From Acutalibacteraceae bacterium (GTDB lineage Bacteria > Bacillota > Clostridia > Oscillospirales > Acutalibacteraceae), in the NCBI GenBank assembly GCA_045604155.1, contig JAZUNN010000083.1:7228-71227 (forward strand): a stretch of 64,000 nucleotides of DNA. Direction: 5' to 3'. Each line of letters starts with the position of its first letter. The stretch's first letter is position 1. Shown here in pieces: positions 37,530-46,483 of the stretch. Under the pieces are notes generated by a model. That model saw only the letters and a program-made list of their open reading frames with translations. It was not told the origin of the DNA and did not search any database. A program made the position numbers and the translations under genes.

Positions 37530-39031
37530 CAGCAATATTCTTCTATCAGTCTATGCAGAAATTCCAGTGCATCTTCGTTTGGTATAGAGTATTTGCTCGG
37601 TATTTCTCTTTCAGCATAGCTTAAAAATGCATTTGCCAGACCAGCATTTTCCACAAAGCAGTGAGGCATTTCGCTTGTAGAATGAATCGGATTGATATTT
37701 TCAATAAGCACTCCGCTGTCTCTGTACGCAACTACAAGCATATCGGGATCAGCATAGCTCTGCTTCAGCACATATAGCTTGTACTTATCCTCCGGGTCAG
37801 ATGCTCTTTTTATCATTGATTCGAGAATCATTCTTCGTTCCGCTTCATCAAAAGGCGGAATGAAATCAACATGATCCGACAGATTGCCTGTCTGTGCAAA
37901 CTTTCGCAGACCATCCATTGTGCAGACATCTATCTGCATATGATCCTTTGAATGAAGTTCTCTTTCTCTGAGAAACTCAAAGGTCTGCTCCATGAAAAAT
38001 GCTATTTCATCATCATTTTTAGGCTCAACTCCAACAAAGGAACGCACAAACTTTATCTTGTCCTCAGTGGAAACACGCTTTTCCAGATGCGCAAAAGCTT
38101 CCAAAGGCACTCTGCTGTCGCATGGGTCAGGCTTAAACAGCACAAGGTCACTGCGTGATTCCCTTCCTATTACCTGAGCGCTGAAGGTCTGGAGCTGCTT
38201 TTTGACGATGAGTCCGTTAATATAAAACTTTCTGAGATTGTCATAGCTTCTGTAGAAAAAGTCCCTCATTCCGGGATCCTTTACAGACGCACACACCGAA
38301 ACTCCGCCTTCAAGGAGATTCGCACATATCATTTTATTTTGTTTTGTACCACTTTCATCATCAAACCATGATATTTCCACGAGAATTGAATTTTTCATCA
38401 TACCTTCCGAGGCAGCTGCTGTTGTTTCACCGCATCGGATACTGTAATTTTCAAGCGCAAGCAACGGCAGCAGCTCACGCAGTGCATTGACGCTTTCCTT
38501 CAGATTTGAATCCGAAAAGCCAACAAGATGCTCCACCTCATAGCTGCACCCTTTTTTCTCAATACTCAGCATTGTTTTTCTTATTTCAGATATTATCTCA
38601 TAATTACAGCAGTTGATTATTTTGAGCTTACATTCAAAATCCTTTTTCTCAGATTCTCTCAATACAAAATAATTTATATCTTTCAAGCTGCGGAAATATC
38701 TGTCATTATCGTAATATATGAGATCCTGGCTGAACTTATCCGGTGCAGGATCCCCACCAAACAACAGTGCAGTTATCTCCTCGCTGGCAGACAATGTGTT
38801 CTGATCCACATTGATAAGACTCATATAATAATCAAATTCGATTATTTCCTTACCTGTAAAATTCAGCGTTGAAATTATCGCATTGGCTATTTCCTTTGAG
38901 GGATACTGTGTTCCATTGAGTATACGATAAAAGCTCGAACGGCTTATATTTGATTTTACAAGAAACTCATCCACTCTCATGGCTCTGTCTTTCAGCTTGG
39001 ATTTAAGAAATCCACCCAGATGTTCAGGCAT
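37529..39031 (-). CDS. Orphan HTH-domain protein with a ~420-aa C-terminal region I could not assign
   Basis: N-terminal HTH (…VDEFLVKSNISRSSFYRILNGT…). I recognise nothing in the rest. ATG at 39031 (M3 of the track ORF) is 8 nt after GAAGGGAG. Confidence 0.6.
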   Translation of the reverse strand: MPEHLGGFLKSKLKDRAMRVDEFLVKSNISRSSFYRILNGTQYPSKEIANAIISTLNFTGKEIIEFDYYMSLINVDQNTLSASEEITALLFGGDPAPDKFSQDLIYYDNDRYFRSLKDINYFVLRESEKKDFECKLKIINCCNYEIISEIRKTMLSIEKKGCSYEVEHLVGFSDSNLKESVNALRELLPLLALENYSIRCGETTAAASEGMMKNSILVEISWFDDESGTKQNKMICANLLEGGVSVCASVKDPGMRDFFYRSYDNLRKFYINGLIVKKQLQTFSAQVIGRESRSDLVLFKPDPCDSRVPLEAFAHLEKRVSTEDKIKFVRSFVGVEPKNDDEIAFFMEQTFEFLRERELHSKDHMQIDVCTMDGLRKFAQTGNLSDHVDFIPPFDEAERRMILESMIKRASDPEDKYKLYVLKQSYADPDMLVVAYRDSGVLIENINPIHSTSEMPHCFVENAGLANAFLSYAEREIPSKYSIPNEDALEFLHRLIEEYC

Positions 39032-39078
39032 AGTCAACGCTCCCTTCTAAAAAACACATATTATCGTCATTTTATTCT

Positions 39079-39107
39079 ATAATATTGCATAATTTCCAAA
39101 TTGTCAA
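39079..39107 (-). promoter_or_regulatory. Sigma-70 promoter for the HTH regulator
   Basis: Minus strand TTGACA (39107-39102), 17 nt, TATTAT (39084-39079). Confidence 0.55.
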
Positions 39108-39167
39108 CACTCTTAATTTCTAACTTCGAAAAGTTCCAGAATGTATCACAATAATCTCAAACATATA

Positions 39168-39196
39168 TTGACATATTCCGAGACACACTGTATAAT
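39168..39196 (+). promoter_or_regulatory. Consensus sigma-70 promoter with no downstream CDS
   Basis: TTGACA (39168-39173), exactly 17 nt, TATAAT (39191-39196). Divergent from the regulator promoter. Confidence 0.6.
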
Positions 39197-39202
39197 GTAC
39201 TC

Positions 39203-39297
39203 ACAACTGTGGTGACATTCCGAAATTTCACCATAAAAAACATTGTATTGAAGGCGGTTTTTGTGGAACGTTTTCAATACAATGTTTTTATTTTTTA
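39203..39297 (+). ncRNA. Candidate small RNA (~95 nt)
   Basis: Runs from the predicted TSS ~7 nt after the -10 to the T-run of a 14-bp stem terminator (39239-39286). Has an internal GGTGA...TCACC hairpin (39211-39232) and no SD-preceded ORF. Confidence 0.4.
39235..39297. terminator. Bidirectional rho-independent terminator (MATE gene / candidate sRNA)
   Basis: AACATTGTATTGAA-20 nt-TTCAATACAATGTT flanked by A6 and T-rich runs. Confidence 0.8.
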
Positions 39298-40653
39298 TTC
39301 ATTTATGCTCAGCTGAATCTTTTTTCGCCAGATTCCGCACCAGTAACGTATTACACATACCAGAGCCGTAATTGCCCATGTAAGTGCTGTTGTAAGCCAT
39401 ACAATCCAGTGACCGAGAGAAGGTATGAGCAGCAGCAGACGTGAGAAAACTACTCTTCCGCCTACCTCTGTAAAACCGTTTATCATTGCAAACGCCACAT
39501 CTCCGCAGCCGTTGAGCAGTGATCTGGGAACATATATCATTCCAAGTGCAAAATAGAAGAGGCTGGTTATTCTGAGCGCATTATAGGAAATATCAATTAC
39601 TGCTTTATCATCAACAAAGAAAGAAGATATCTGTCTTCCGAAGAAATAAAATACAGGTATCAGAATAAGGCTGAAAACAAGAACAACAATTACAGTCTGT
39701 CTGAAGCCTTTCCTGATTCTGTCAGGCTTGCCTGCACCTGCATTCTGTCCTGCAAAAGTGGTAACCGCTGCACCGAGAGAGCCATAAGGCTGCTGTACTA
39801 TGGACTCTATGCGGTTTGTAATTGTATATGCTGCCATTACATCTTCGCCGAAGCCGTTTACAACACCCTGAAGCACCATGCAGGAAACTGCAATCATGGA
39901 ACTTTGCAGTGCAAGTGGAACACCTATTCTGAAAGTTCTTCCTATTATCTTCCAGTCAGGCTTCATTTCTGATTTTTCGATATTGAAATAACTTATTTTG
40001 CGTCTTGCGTAAATCATACATGCCACTGCAGACACTGCCTGAGCGATAATTGTTGCCAGCGCAACGCCAAAAACCTCAAGATCGCAGAAAAGCACAAATA
40101 CGAGATCAAGAACCACATTGATAACACTGGCAATTATCAGGAATACCAGCGGTGTTTTTGAATCTCCCAATGCCCTGAGCATTGCCGCAACACCATTATA
40201 AAGTGCAACTGCAACAATTCCCACGCAGGTTGTTCTGAGATAAATCAATGTGTCGTTATATACTCCTGTGGGAGTGTCGAGCAAATCCAGAACAAACGGA
40301 GATAATGCAATACCTACCGCACTTACTGCCAGAGATGCAAATATAAGAACATAATAAGCATTGGCTATGGTTTTTCTTACATTCACATGATCTTTTGCGC
40401 CAAAATACTGAGCTACGATAACACCTATTCCCATTCCCAGGCCACTGCTGAGGGAAAAGAACAGAAAGTTTGTAGAGCCGCATGAACCTACTGCAGCAAG
40501 TGCCTCTTTACCGACATATTTTCCGACTACCACCGAGTCGACCATATTGTAAAGCTGCTGGAAAAGATTTCCGATAAGAAGAGGAATGGTAAATTTGAGT
40601 ATGTGCTTGATGGGACTGCCGGTTGTCATGTCAGTTGTGTAATTCTTTTTCAT
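39295..40653 (-). CDS. MATE-family efflux transporter
   Basis: ~452 aa, 12 TM segments, N-terminal …IPLLIGNLFQQLYNMVDSVVVG… typical of MATE. Start moved to M20 (MKKNYTT). Confidence 0.88.
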   Translation of the reverse strand: MKKNYTTDMTTGSPIKHILKFTIPLLIGNLFQQLYNMVDSVVVGKYVGKEALAAVGSCGSTNFLFFSLSSGLGMGIGVIVAQYFGAKDHVNVRKTIANAYYVLIFASLAVSAVGIALSPFVLDLLDTPTGVYNDTLIYLRTTCVGIVAVALYNGVAAMLRALGDSKTPLVFLIIASVINVVLDLVFVLFCDLEVFGVALATIIAQAVSAVACMIYARRKISYFNIEKSEMKPDWKIIGRTFRIGVPLALQSSMIAVSCMVLQGVVNGFGEDVMAAYTITNRIESIVQQPYGSLGAAVTTFAGQNAGAGKPDRIRKGFRQTVIVVLVFSLILIPVFYFFGRQISSFFVDDKAVIDISYNALRITSLFYFALGMIYVPRSLLNGCGDVAFAMINGFTEVGGRVVFSRLLLLIPSLGHWIVWLTTALTWAITALVCVIRYWCGIWRKKIQLSINE

Positions 40654-40810
40654 AAAAAACTGCCTCACATAAACAGTATTTTGCACCTTGACGATTGGGA
40701 TTATAGCCATTTTTGATTTTTTTGTCTACACAATAAATGTACAGACTTAAACGTTTTATAGCTCCTCATTTAGTGCTGTTCTACAAATAAAAATTAGATT
40801 CTCAATTCTG

Positions 40811-40838
40811 TTGAAATCCTCATGTTTTATGTTATAAT
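40811..40838 (+). promoter_or_regulatory. Sigma-70 promoter (extended -10) for the GH13-GH36 operon
   Basis: TTGAAA, 16 nt, TGtTATAAT. Confidence 0.55.
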
Positions 40839-40907
40839 ATTAACGTGTATTGCTATACATTATGCAATTTAATTAAAAAACTGCTTCACTGATATTGGAG
40901 GGATTTT

Positions 40908-42548
40908 ATGGGTGCAAATTACCGTAAGGACACTGTTATCTATCAGATATATCCCCGTTCATTCATGGATTCTGACGGTGATGGAGTCGGTGATATCAGA
41001 GGAATAATTTCAAAGCTTGATCACATCGCTTCACTTGGTGTAAACAATATCTGGCTCTCCCCTGTTTATGTCAGCCCCAACGACGACAACGGCTACGATA
41101 TTGCGGACTATAAAGCAATTCAGCCTCAGTTCGGAACTATGGATGACTTTGATGAGCTCCTTGCCAAGGCCAGGGAAAAAGGCATCGGTATAGTTATGGA
41201 TCTTGTTATAAATCACACTTCCGACGAACATGAATGGTTTAAAAAGGCTCTTGCAGGAGACGAAAAATATCGCAATTACTACATAATCCGCAAAGGCAAA
41301 AAGAATAAAGTTCCCAATAACTGGGGAAATTTCTTTGCGGAATGTCCGTGGACAAAGTTCGGTGATTCTGAGGATGAATACTATCTCCACCTTTTCTCCA
41401 AAAAGCAGCCTGATCTTAACTGGCACAATCCAGAGGTCATGGATGAAGTCAAGGATATCATGCGTTTCTGGCTTGACAGAGGCGTTGCAGGCTTCAGATG
41501 CGATGTTATAAATGTAATATATAAGGACTCACTGAAAAACGGCAAAAAGAAGATTGCTCTGACAGGTCTTGAACATTATCACTCCACCCAGGGCTGTCAT
41601 AAGATTCTCGCCGAGCTTCGCCGTGATGTTCTTGAGCCTTACGGTGCTTTTGCCGTTGGTGAAACTGTTTTTGTCGATATTCCCAAAGCAAAGGATCTGT
41701 GCGATGAAGATCGAAAAGAGCTCGATATGGTTTTCTCTTTCAAACATATGGAATGTGATCAGATAGGTTTGAAATGGTTCCCTGCCAAGATGAATGTCAG
41801 AAAGCTTATGAATACCCTTACCGAATGGCAGACGGGACTTAACTGGAACACCTGTTATTTTGAAAATCATGATCAGCCCAGATTTATTTCCCGTTTCAAC
41901 GATTCACAGAATTTCCGCAAGGAATCTTCTAAAATGATGGCAGGTCTTCTTATGACTCTTCGAGGAACACCGTTTATCTACGAAGGTCAGGAAATAGGCA
42001 TGACAAACGGTGATTTTAAAAACCTCGACGAAATAATGGATATTGAAAGCCATAATATAAATGCAATGGCAAAAAGTCTGGGTATCCCCAAAGGAATGCG
42101 CTGGAAGATGATAAAGCACGGTTCACGTGATCATGCAAGAACTCCCGTTCAGTGGAGCGATGCTCCGAATGCAGGCTTTACTACCGGTCAGCCATGGCTT
42201 AAAATCAACGGAAATTACACCGAAGTCAACATGGAAAAGGATAAAGCAGACCCTGATGGTGTATTTGCTTTCTGGCAGAAAATGATAGCTCTCAGAAAAA
42301 CAAACGACATTCTCTGTCAGGGCGGATTCATCCCTGTTTTAACTTCGAAAAACATTTTTGCCTTTGAACGTGAACTTGAAGGCAGAAAGCTGCTGGCACT
42401 TTTCAACATGAGCGGCAAAAAGGCAAAGCTTCCGAAAAAACTCCGAAACGGAAACAATGTCCTTGTCGGAAATTATTCAGATAATCAGGTCGATGTTCTC
42501 ATGCCCTTTGAATTCAGGCTCATTGATGAAGGCGGTGACGGGTATTGA
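40908..42548 (+). CDS. GH13 alpha-glucosidase (oligo-1,6-glucosidase / glucan 1,6-alpha-glucosidase type)
   Basis: 546 aa. GH13 regions DLVINHTS, GFRCDVI, VGET and FENHDQPR. Confidence 0.9.
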   Translation: MGANYRKDTVIYQIYPRSFMDSDGDGVGDIRGIISKLDHIASLGVNNIWLSPVYVSPNDDNGYDIADYKAIQPQFGTMDDFDELLAKAREKGIGIVMDLVINHTSDEHEWFKKALAGDEKYRNYYIIRKGKKNKVPNNWGNFFAECPWTKFGDSEDEYYLHLFSKKQPDLNWHNPEVMDEVKDIMRFWLDRGVAGFRCDVINVIYKDSLKNGKKKIALTGLEHYHSTQGCHKILAELRRDVLEPYGAFAVGETVFVDIPKAKDLCDEDRKELDMVFSFKHMECDQIGLKWFPAKMNVRKLMNTLTEWQTGLNWNTCYFENHDQPRFISRFNDSQNFRKESSKMMAGLLMTLRGTPFIYEGQEIGMTNGDFKNLDEIMDIESHNINAMAKSLGIPKGMRWKMIKHGSRDHARTPVQWSDAPNAGFTTGQPWLKINGNYTEVNMEKDKADPDGVFAFWQKMIALRKTNDILCQGGFIPVLTSKNIFAFERELEGRKLLALFNMSGKKAKLPKKLRNGNNVLVGNYSDNQVDVLMPFEFRLIDEGGDGY

Positions 42549-44887
42549 TAACTGTATCTGATAATGTTTTCAAGCTTGACACCAATAATACAAGCTATAT
42601 TTTCTCAATTTCCAAAAACGGTCACCCGCAGCATATATACTACGGCAAAAAGCTGCCTGCATCAGATGCTGAAGCACTGATTCTGAAAAACACCATCGGG
42701 CTGGGTTCTACTGTTTATTACGATAAAAAATCACCCGATTACTGTCTTGACAGTATGCTGCTCGAGTATTCCGGCATAGGCAAGGGCGATTATCGTCACA
42801 CCCCTCTGGAATGTATAATGCCTGACGGCTGCTTTACAACAGATTTTGTTTTCGAAAGCTATGAAATCAGCGAAGGGTCATATTCTTCAGACTGCAGTCT
42901 GCCCTTTGCTTCTGAGGGATCTCAGACTCTTTCACTGAGATTCAAGGATAAAAAGTACACGTCTGCGGCATTGGTTCTCAACTATACTGTTTTTGAAAAA
43001 TGCAATGTCATCACAAGAAATGCTGAGCTTCACAACGGTACTGACGGCGACATTCTGATCAGAAAATTCATGAGTGCCATGGTTGATATGCCCGAATCCG
43101 ATTATTCCATTGTAACCTTCGATGGGAACTGGGCGAAAGAGGCTCATATTCACAAGAGACCCGTTTCCTATGGCATATTTGTTAACGACTCAACTACCGG
43201 CAGTTCATCAAATCGCCATAATGCCGCTCTGATGCTTATGAAAAACGGTGCATCGGAAACTCAGGGTGAAGTCATTGGTGTGAATCTTATCTACAGCGGC
43301 AATCATTACACTGCTGTTGAGAAGTCAAGTGCTGATACTATGCGTATCATGTGCGGAATCAATCCCCATTGTTTCCTCTGGAAGCTTGCTTCAGGCGAAA
43401 AATTTATTACACCTCAGGCTGTAATGAGTTTTACAGAAAATGGAATTAACGGTTTTATGTCAAATATGCATTTATTTGTCAACGAGCATATTATCAGAGA
43501 AAAATTCCGTTATTCAGAGCGTCCTGTAGTCATCAACAACTGGGAATCCACTTTCTTCAATTTCACACGCAGCAAAATACTCAAGCTGGCAAGACGAGCC
43601 AAAAAGCTCGGTGTTGAAATGTTTGTTCTTGATGACGGATGGTTCGGCAAGCGTGATAATGATTTTGCAGGTCTGGGAGATTGGACTGTAATCAACAAAA
43701 AGAAACTGCCCGGCGGTATTTCAGGGCTTTGCAAAGAGATAAACAATATCGGTCTGCGCTTTGGACTATGGTTTGAGCCTGAATGCATCAACGAGGACAG
43801 TGATCTTTACCGTGCACACCCTGACTGGGCTATTAAATCTCCCGACAGAGAACCGAGTCTCGGACGCAATCAGATGGTACTTGATCTTACCCGTATGGAA
43901 GTTCGTGACTATATCGTTAACAGTGTGGATACGATTCTTTCAAGCGCAAACATTGAATATGTCAAGTGGGATTTCAATCGTCACATAAGTGATATGTATT
44001 CATCATCACTTTCTGATCAGGGTGAATTTTTCCACAGGTATGTTCTCGGGCTTTACGATATTCTCCGCAGAATATTCTGCGAAAAACATCCTGACATTCT
44101 GCTCGAAAGCTGTTCATCAGGCGGAAATCGATTTGACCTCGGTATGCTCTGCTTCTCACCTCAGATCTGGACGAGTGATGATACTGACGCTGTAGAACGC
44201 CTGGATATCCAGCGAGGAATATACTGCTTCTATCCCCCCTCCTGCGTTTCAAACCATGTTTCAATGACTCCGAATCAGCAGACTCTGCGCAGTGCTTCTC
44301 TTTCAACCCGCTTCAACGTTGCAGCTTTCGGTGTACTTGGTTATGAGCTGGACTTCGGTGAGCTTACTCCTGAAGAACGCAGACAGATCAAAGCTCAGAT
44401 TGAATTTTACAAGGCACACAGACACACTTTCCAGTACGGAAACTTAAGCAGGTATTATCCTGTCCCCGGAGAGCGTGAATCATGGCAGATTGAAGGAAAT
44501 GACGAGATTATGTCTGCCATCTATAATCTCAGCTACCACGCAAGCCCAGCAAGAGATACACTGCGAATTCTTTCTGCAAAACCGGGAAAGAAATACGGAA
44601 TGTGCAGTGTAGAACAGCATCTGAGAATCGGTCAGTTCGGTTCTCTTGTAAATCATATCTCCCCCGTTCACGTAAACTCCGACGGTGCAATAATGCGATA
44701 TGTTGACCGTCACTTTTCACTTAAGGACGGTGCGGAAGCATATGTCTGTTCAGGTGAGGCTCTTTCATCGGGAATCCCCCTTGCCATGCAGTACAGCGGC
44801 ACGGGTTATAACGACAAAATCCGTGTTCTCGGTGATTGGGGCAGTACGCTGTATATGATATCGGAGGTTTCAGACAAGAAAGAATAA
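42545..44887 (+). CDS. Alpha-galactosidase (GH36)
   Basis: 780 aa. LDDGWFGKRDNDFAGLGDW, KWDFNR and CSSGGNRFD motifs. TTG start overlapping the GH13 stop (TTGA), and the N-terminus …FKLDTNNTSYIF matches the usual GH36 start. Confidence 0.9.
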   Translation: MITVSDNVFKLDTNNTSYIFSISKNGHPQHIYYGKKLPASDAEALILKNTIGLGSTVYYDKKSPDYCLDSMLLEYSGIGKGDYRHTPLECIMPDGCFTTDFVFESYEISEGSYSSDCSLPFASEGSQTLSLRFKDKKYTSAALVLNYTVFEKCNVITRNAELHNGTDGDILIRKFMSAMVDMPESDYSIVTFDGNWAKEAHIHKRPVSYGIFVNDSTTGSSSNRHNAALMLMKNGASETQGEVIGVNLIYSGNHYTAVEKSSADTMRIMCGINPHCFLWKLASGEKFITPQAVMSFTENGINGFMSNMHLFVNEHIIREKFRYSERPVVINNWESTFFNFTRSKILKLARRAKKLGVEMFVLDDGWFGKRDNDFAGLGDWTVINKKKLPGGISGLCKEINNIGLRFGLWFEPECINEDSDLYRAHPDWAIKSPDREPSLGRNQMVLDLTRMEVRDYIVNSVDTILSSANIEYVKWDFNRHISDMYSSSLSDQGEFFHRYVLGLYDILRRIFCEKHPDILLESCSSGGNRFDLGMLCFSPQIWTSDDTDAVERLDIQRGIYCFYPPSCVSNHVSMTPNQQTLRSASLSTRFNVAAFGVLGYELDFGELTPEERRQIKAQIEFYKAHRHTFQYGNLSRYYPVPGERESWQIEGNDEIMSAIYNLSYHASPARDTLRILSAKPGKKYGMCSVEQHLRIGQFGSLVNHISPVHVNSDGAIMRYVDRHFSLKDGAEAYVCSGEALSSGIPLAMQYSGTGYNDKIRVLGDWGSTLYMISEVSDKKE

Positions 44888-44898
44888 CTGTTAATTTT

Positions 44899-44926
44899 AA
44901 AGCCCTCATCTTTCGATGAGGGCTTT
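44899..44926. repeat. 28-nt hairpin, direct-repeat copy A (terminator-like stem without a T-run)
   Basis: AAAGCCCTCATC-TTTC-GATGAGGGCTTT, 26/28 identical to 45166-45193. Confidence 0.75.
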
Positions 44927-45165
44927 GAGCTTGTAAAAAAGTCGATTACGATGTGGAATGTGAAACAAAAAGCTTTAGGCTTATTGTTCCTTCTCCTTGA
45001 GTAAGGAGGTGATATTATGCTTTGCATAATTGTCACAAAGTGACTGATAAATAGTCCAAAATCGCATAATTGTGTGATTTCATCAACTCTCTCCCTCCGA
45101 GTTTTGCTGCGCAAAACCCACCTCCCTCGTCAGAGGGAGGCTTAAAAGGTTTCTTTGATATTCTG
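44927..45165. other. 239-bp non-coding insert between duplicated terminator hairpins
   Basis: Contains an SD-sequestering hairpin (44993-45008), an 8-codon ORF behind a perfect SD (45017-45043), a 10-nt direct repeat GCATAATTGT (45024-45033, 45064-45073) and G-rich hairpins (45102-45140). Confidence 0.5.
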
Positions 45166-45198
45166 AAAGCCCTCCTCCTTCGATGAGGGCTTTATTTT
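45166..45198 (+). terminator. Rho-independent terminator, direct-repeat copy B
   Basis: AAAGCCCTC-CTCCTTCGAT-GAGGGCTTT followed by ATTTTT. Abuts the stop of the convergent amidohydrolase gene. Confidence 0.7.
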
Positions 45199-45199
45199 T

Positions 45200-46351
45200 C
45201 TATGCCTTATAAACTACTTTTCCGTCAATTATGGTGTAAAGCACATCGCAGGTTGTGGATGTTATAGGATCTGCATTGGTGATGATTATATCTGCATCCT
45301 TTCCTGCTTCGATAGAACCGACTCTGTCCTCAATGCCTATGTGCTTTGCAGGGTTTATTGTAATTGCCTGAAATGCTGCAAAGGGATCCATTCCTGCCTT
45401 TACTGCAAAGCCTGCACAGGTAGCGAGATATTCCTGAGGAATTACAGGGGAGTCAGTTATAATCGATACTCTGCACCCTGCTTCTGCAAGAATTTTCGGA
45501 GTTTCCCAGGATTTGTTACGAAGCTCATACTTGCTTGCATTGGTAAGTGTGGGGCCTACTGCAAGAGGATAATCATACTTTGCTATTTCCTCTGCTATAA
45601 GATGTCCTTCTGTGCAATGCTCAATGGTCAGATCAACATCAAATTCCTTTGCGATTCTGATGGCAGTGAAAATATCATCCGCTCTGTGAGCATGAGCCTT
45701 GAGAGGGATTTCCTTGTTTATGACAGGCTGGAGTGATTCAAGCTTCATATCAAATGCAGGCTTCTTTGCCGCATTTCCTTCTGCCGCCTCTATTCTTGCT
45801 TTATAATCCTTTGCTTTCATGAGAATCTCACGCAGCTTGGATGCTGTGCTCATTCTTGCAAAGTTATTCTTGTCCTTGTAGCATCTCTTTGGATTTTCAC
45901 CGAATGCGCATTTCATTGCCGTTTCCTTTTTGACTATCATATTGTCAACGCAGTTGCCCACTGTCTTGATTGCGGTAAAGGTTCCGCCAAGTACGTTTGC
46001 ACTGCCCGGTCCGGTACATACACAGGTGACACCGCCTTTTACAGCCTTTGCAAAGGTTTCATCCTGTGGATAGATACTGTCGATGGCACGAAGCTGAGGC
46101 GAGAGAATATCGTTCATTTCATTGTAATCTGCACCCTCAAAACCTATTCCGTATCCGTGCAGTCCCAGATGACAATGAGCCTCAACAAAGCCCGGATATA
46201 CAAAAAGGCCTTTTGCATCAATGATTTCAGCATCTTTATTCTCTATGTTTTCAGCAATTTCTATAATCTTTCCGTTGTCTGTAAGTATATCGGAAACATA
46301 AGCCTCTCTGTTTACAGCATCATTGATAAGTCCGTTTTTAATAAGCAGCAT
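45200..46351 (-). CDS. Amidohydrolase-family metal-dependent hydrolase
   Basis: MLLIKNG…PGFVEAHCHLG… N-terminal metal-binding motif. Start at M25 of the track ORF behind a GGAGG SD. Confidence 0.85.
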   Translation of the reverse strand: MLLIKNGLINDAVNREAYVSDILTDNGKIIEIAENIENKDAEIIDAKGLFVYPGFVEAHCHLGLHGYGIGFEGADYNEMNDILSPQLRAIDSIYPQDETFAKAVKGGVTCVCTGPGSANVLGGTFTAIKTVGNCVDNMIVKKETAMKCAFGENPKRCYKDKNNFARMSTASKLREILMKAKDYKARIEAAEGNAAKKPAFDMKLESLQPVINKEIPLKAHAHRADDIFTAIRIAKEFDVDLTIEHCTEGHLIAEEIAKYDYPLAVGPTLTNASKYELRNKSWETPKILAEAGCRVSIITDSPVIPQEYLATCAGFAVKAGMDPFAAFQAITINPAKHIGIEDRVGSIEAGKDADIIITNADPITSTTCDVLYTIIDGKVVYKA

Positions 46352-46430
46352 AATTATAAACCTCCAGATTTTCTTATCTGTAATTATATCTCTTTTGTTT
46401 AAATTCGTCAATAAGTCTACCATACGTAGG

Positions 46431-46459
46431 TTGTGAGAGTTTTCTGAATGGCTTATAAT
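46431..46459 (+). promoter_or_regulatory. Sigma-70 promoter for the HTH-Dx-SOR gene
   Basis: TTGTGA, 17 nt, TATAAT. Confidence 0.5.
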
Positions 46460-46483
46460 ATTACGGCGAAAGGAGATATTTGT

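Noticed and set aside
45017-45043. An 8-codon ORF (MLCIIVTK*) behind a perfect SD, considered as a bona fide leader peptide or toxin gene.
   Set aside because: It is too short for a type I toxin, and no downstream gene lies on that strand for it to regulate (the next gene is convergent). It is kept only as a descriptive detail of the 44927-45165 insert.
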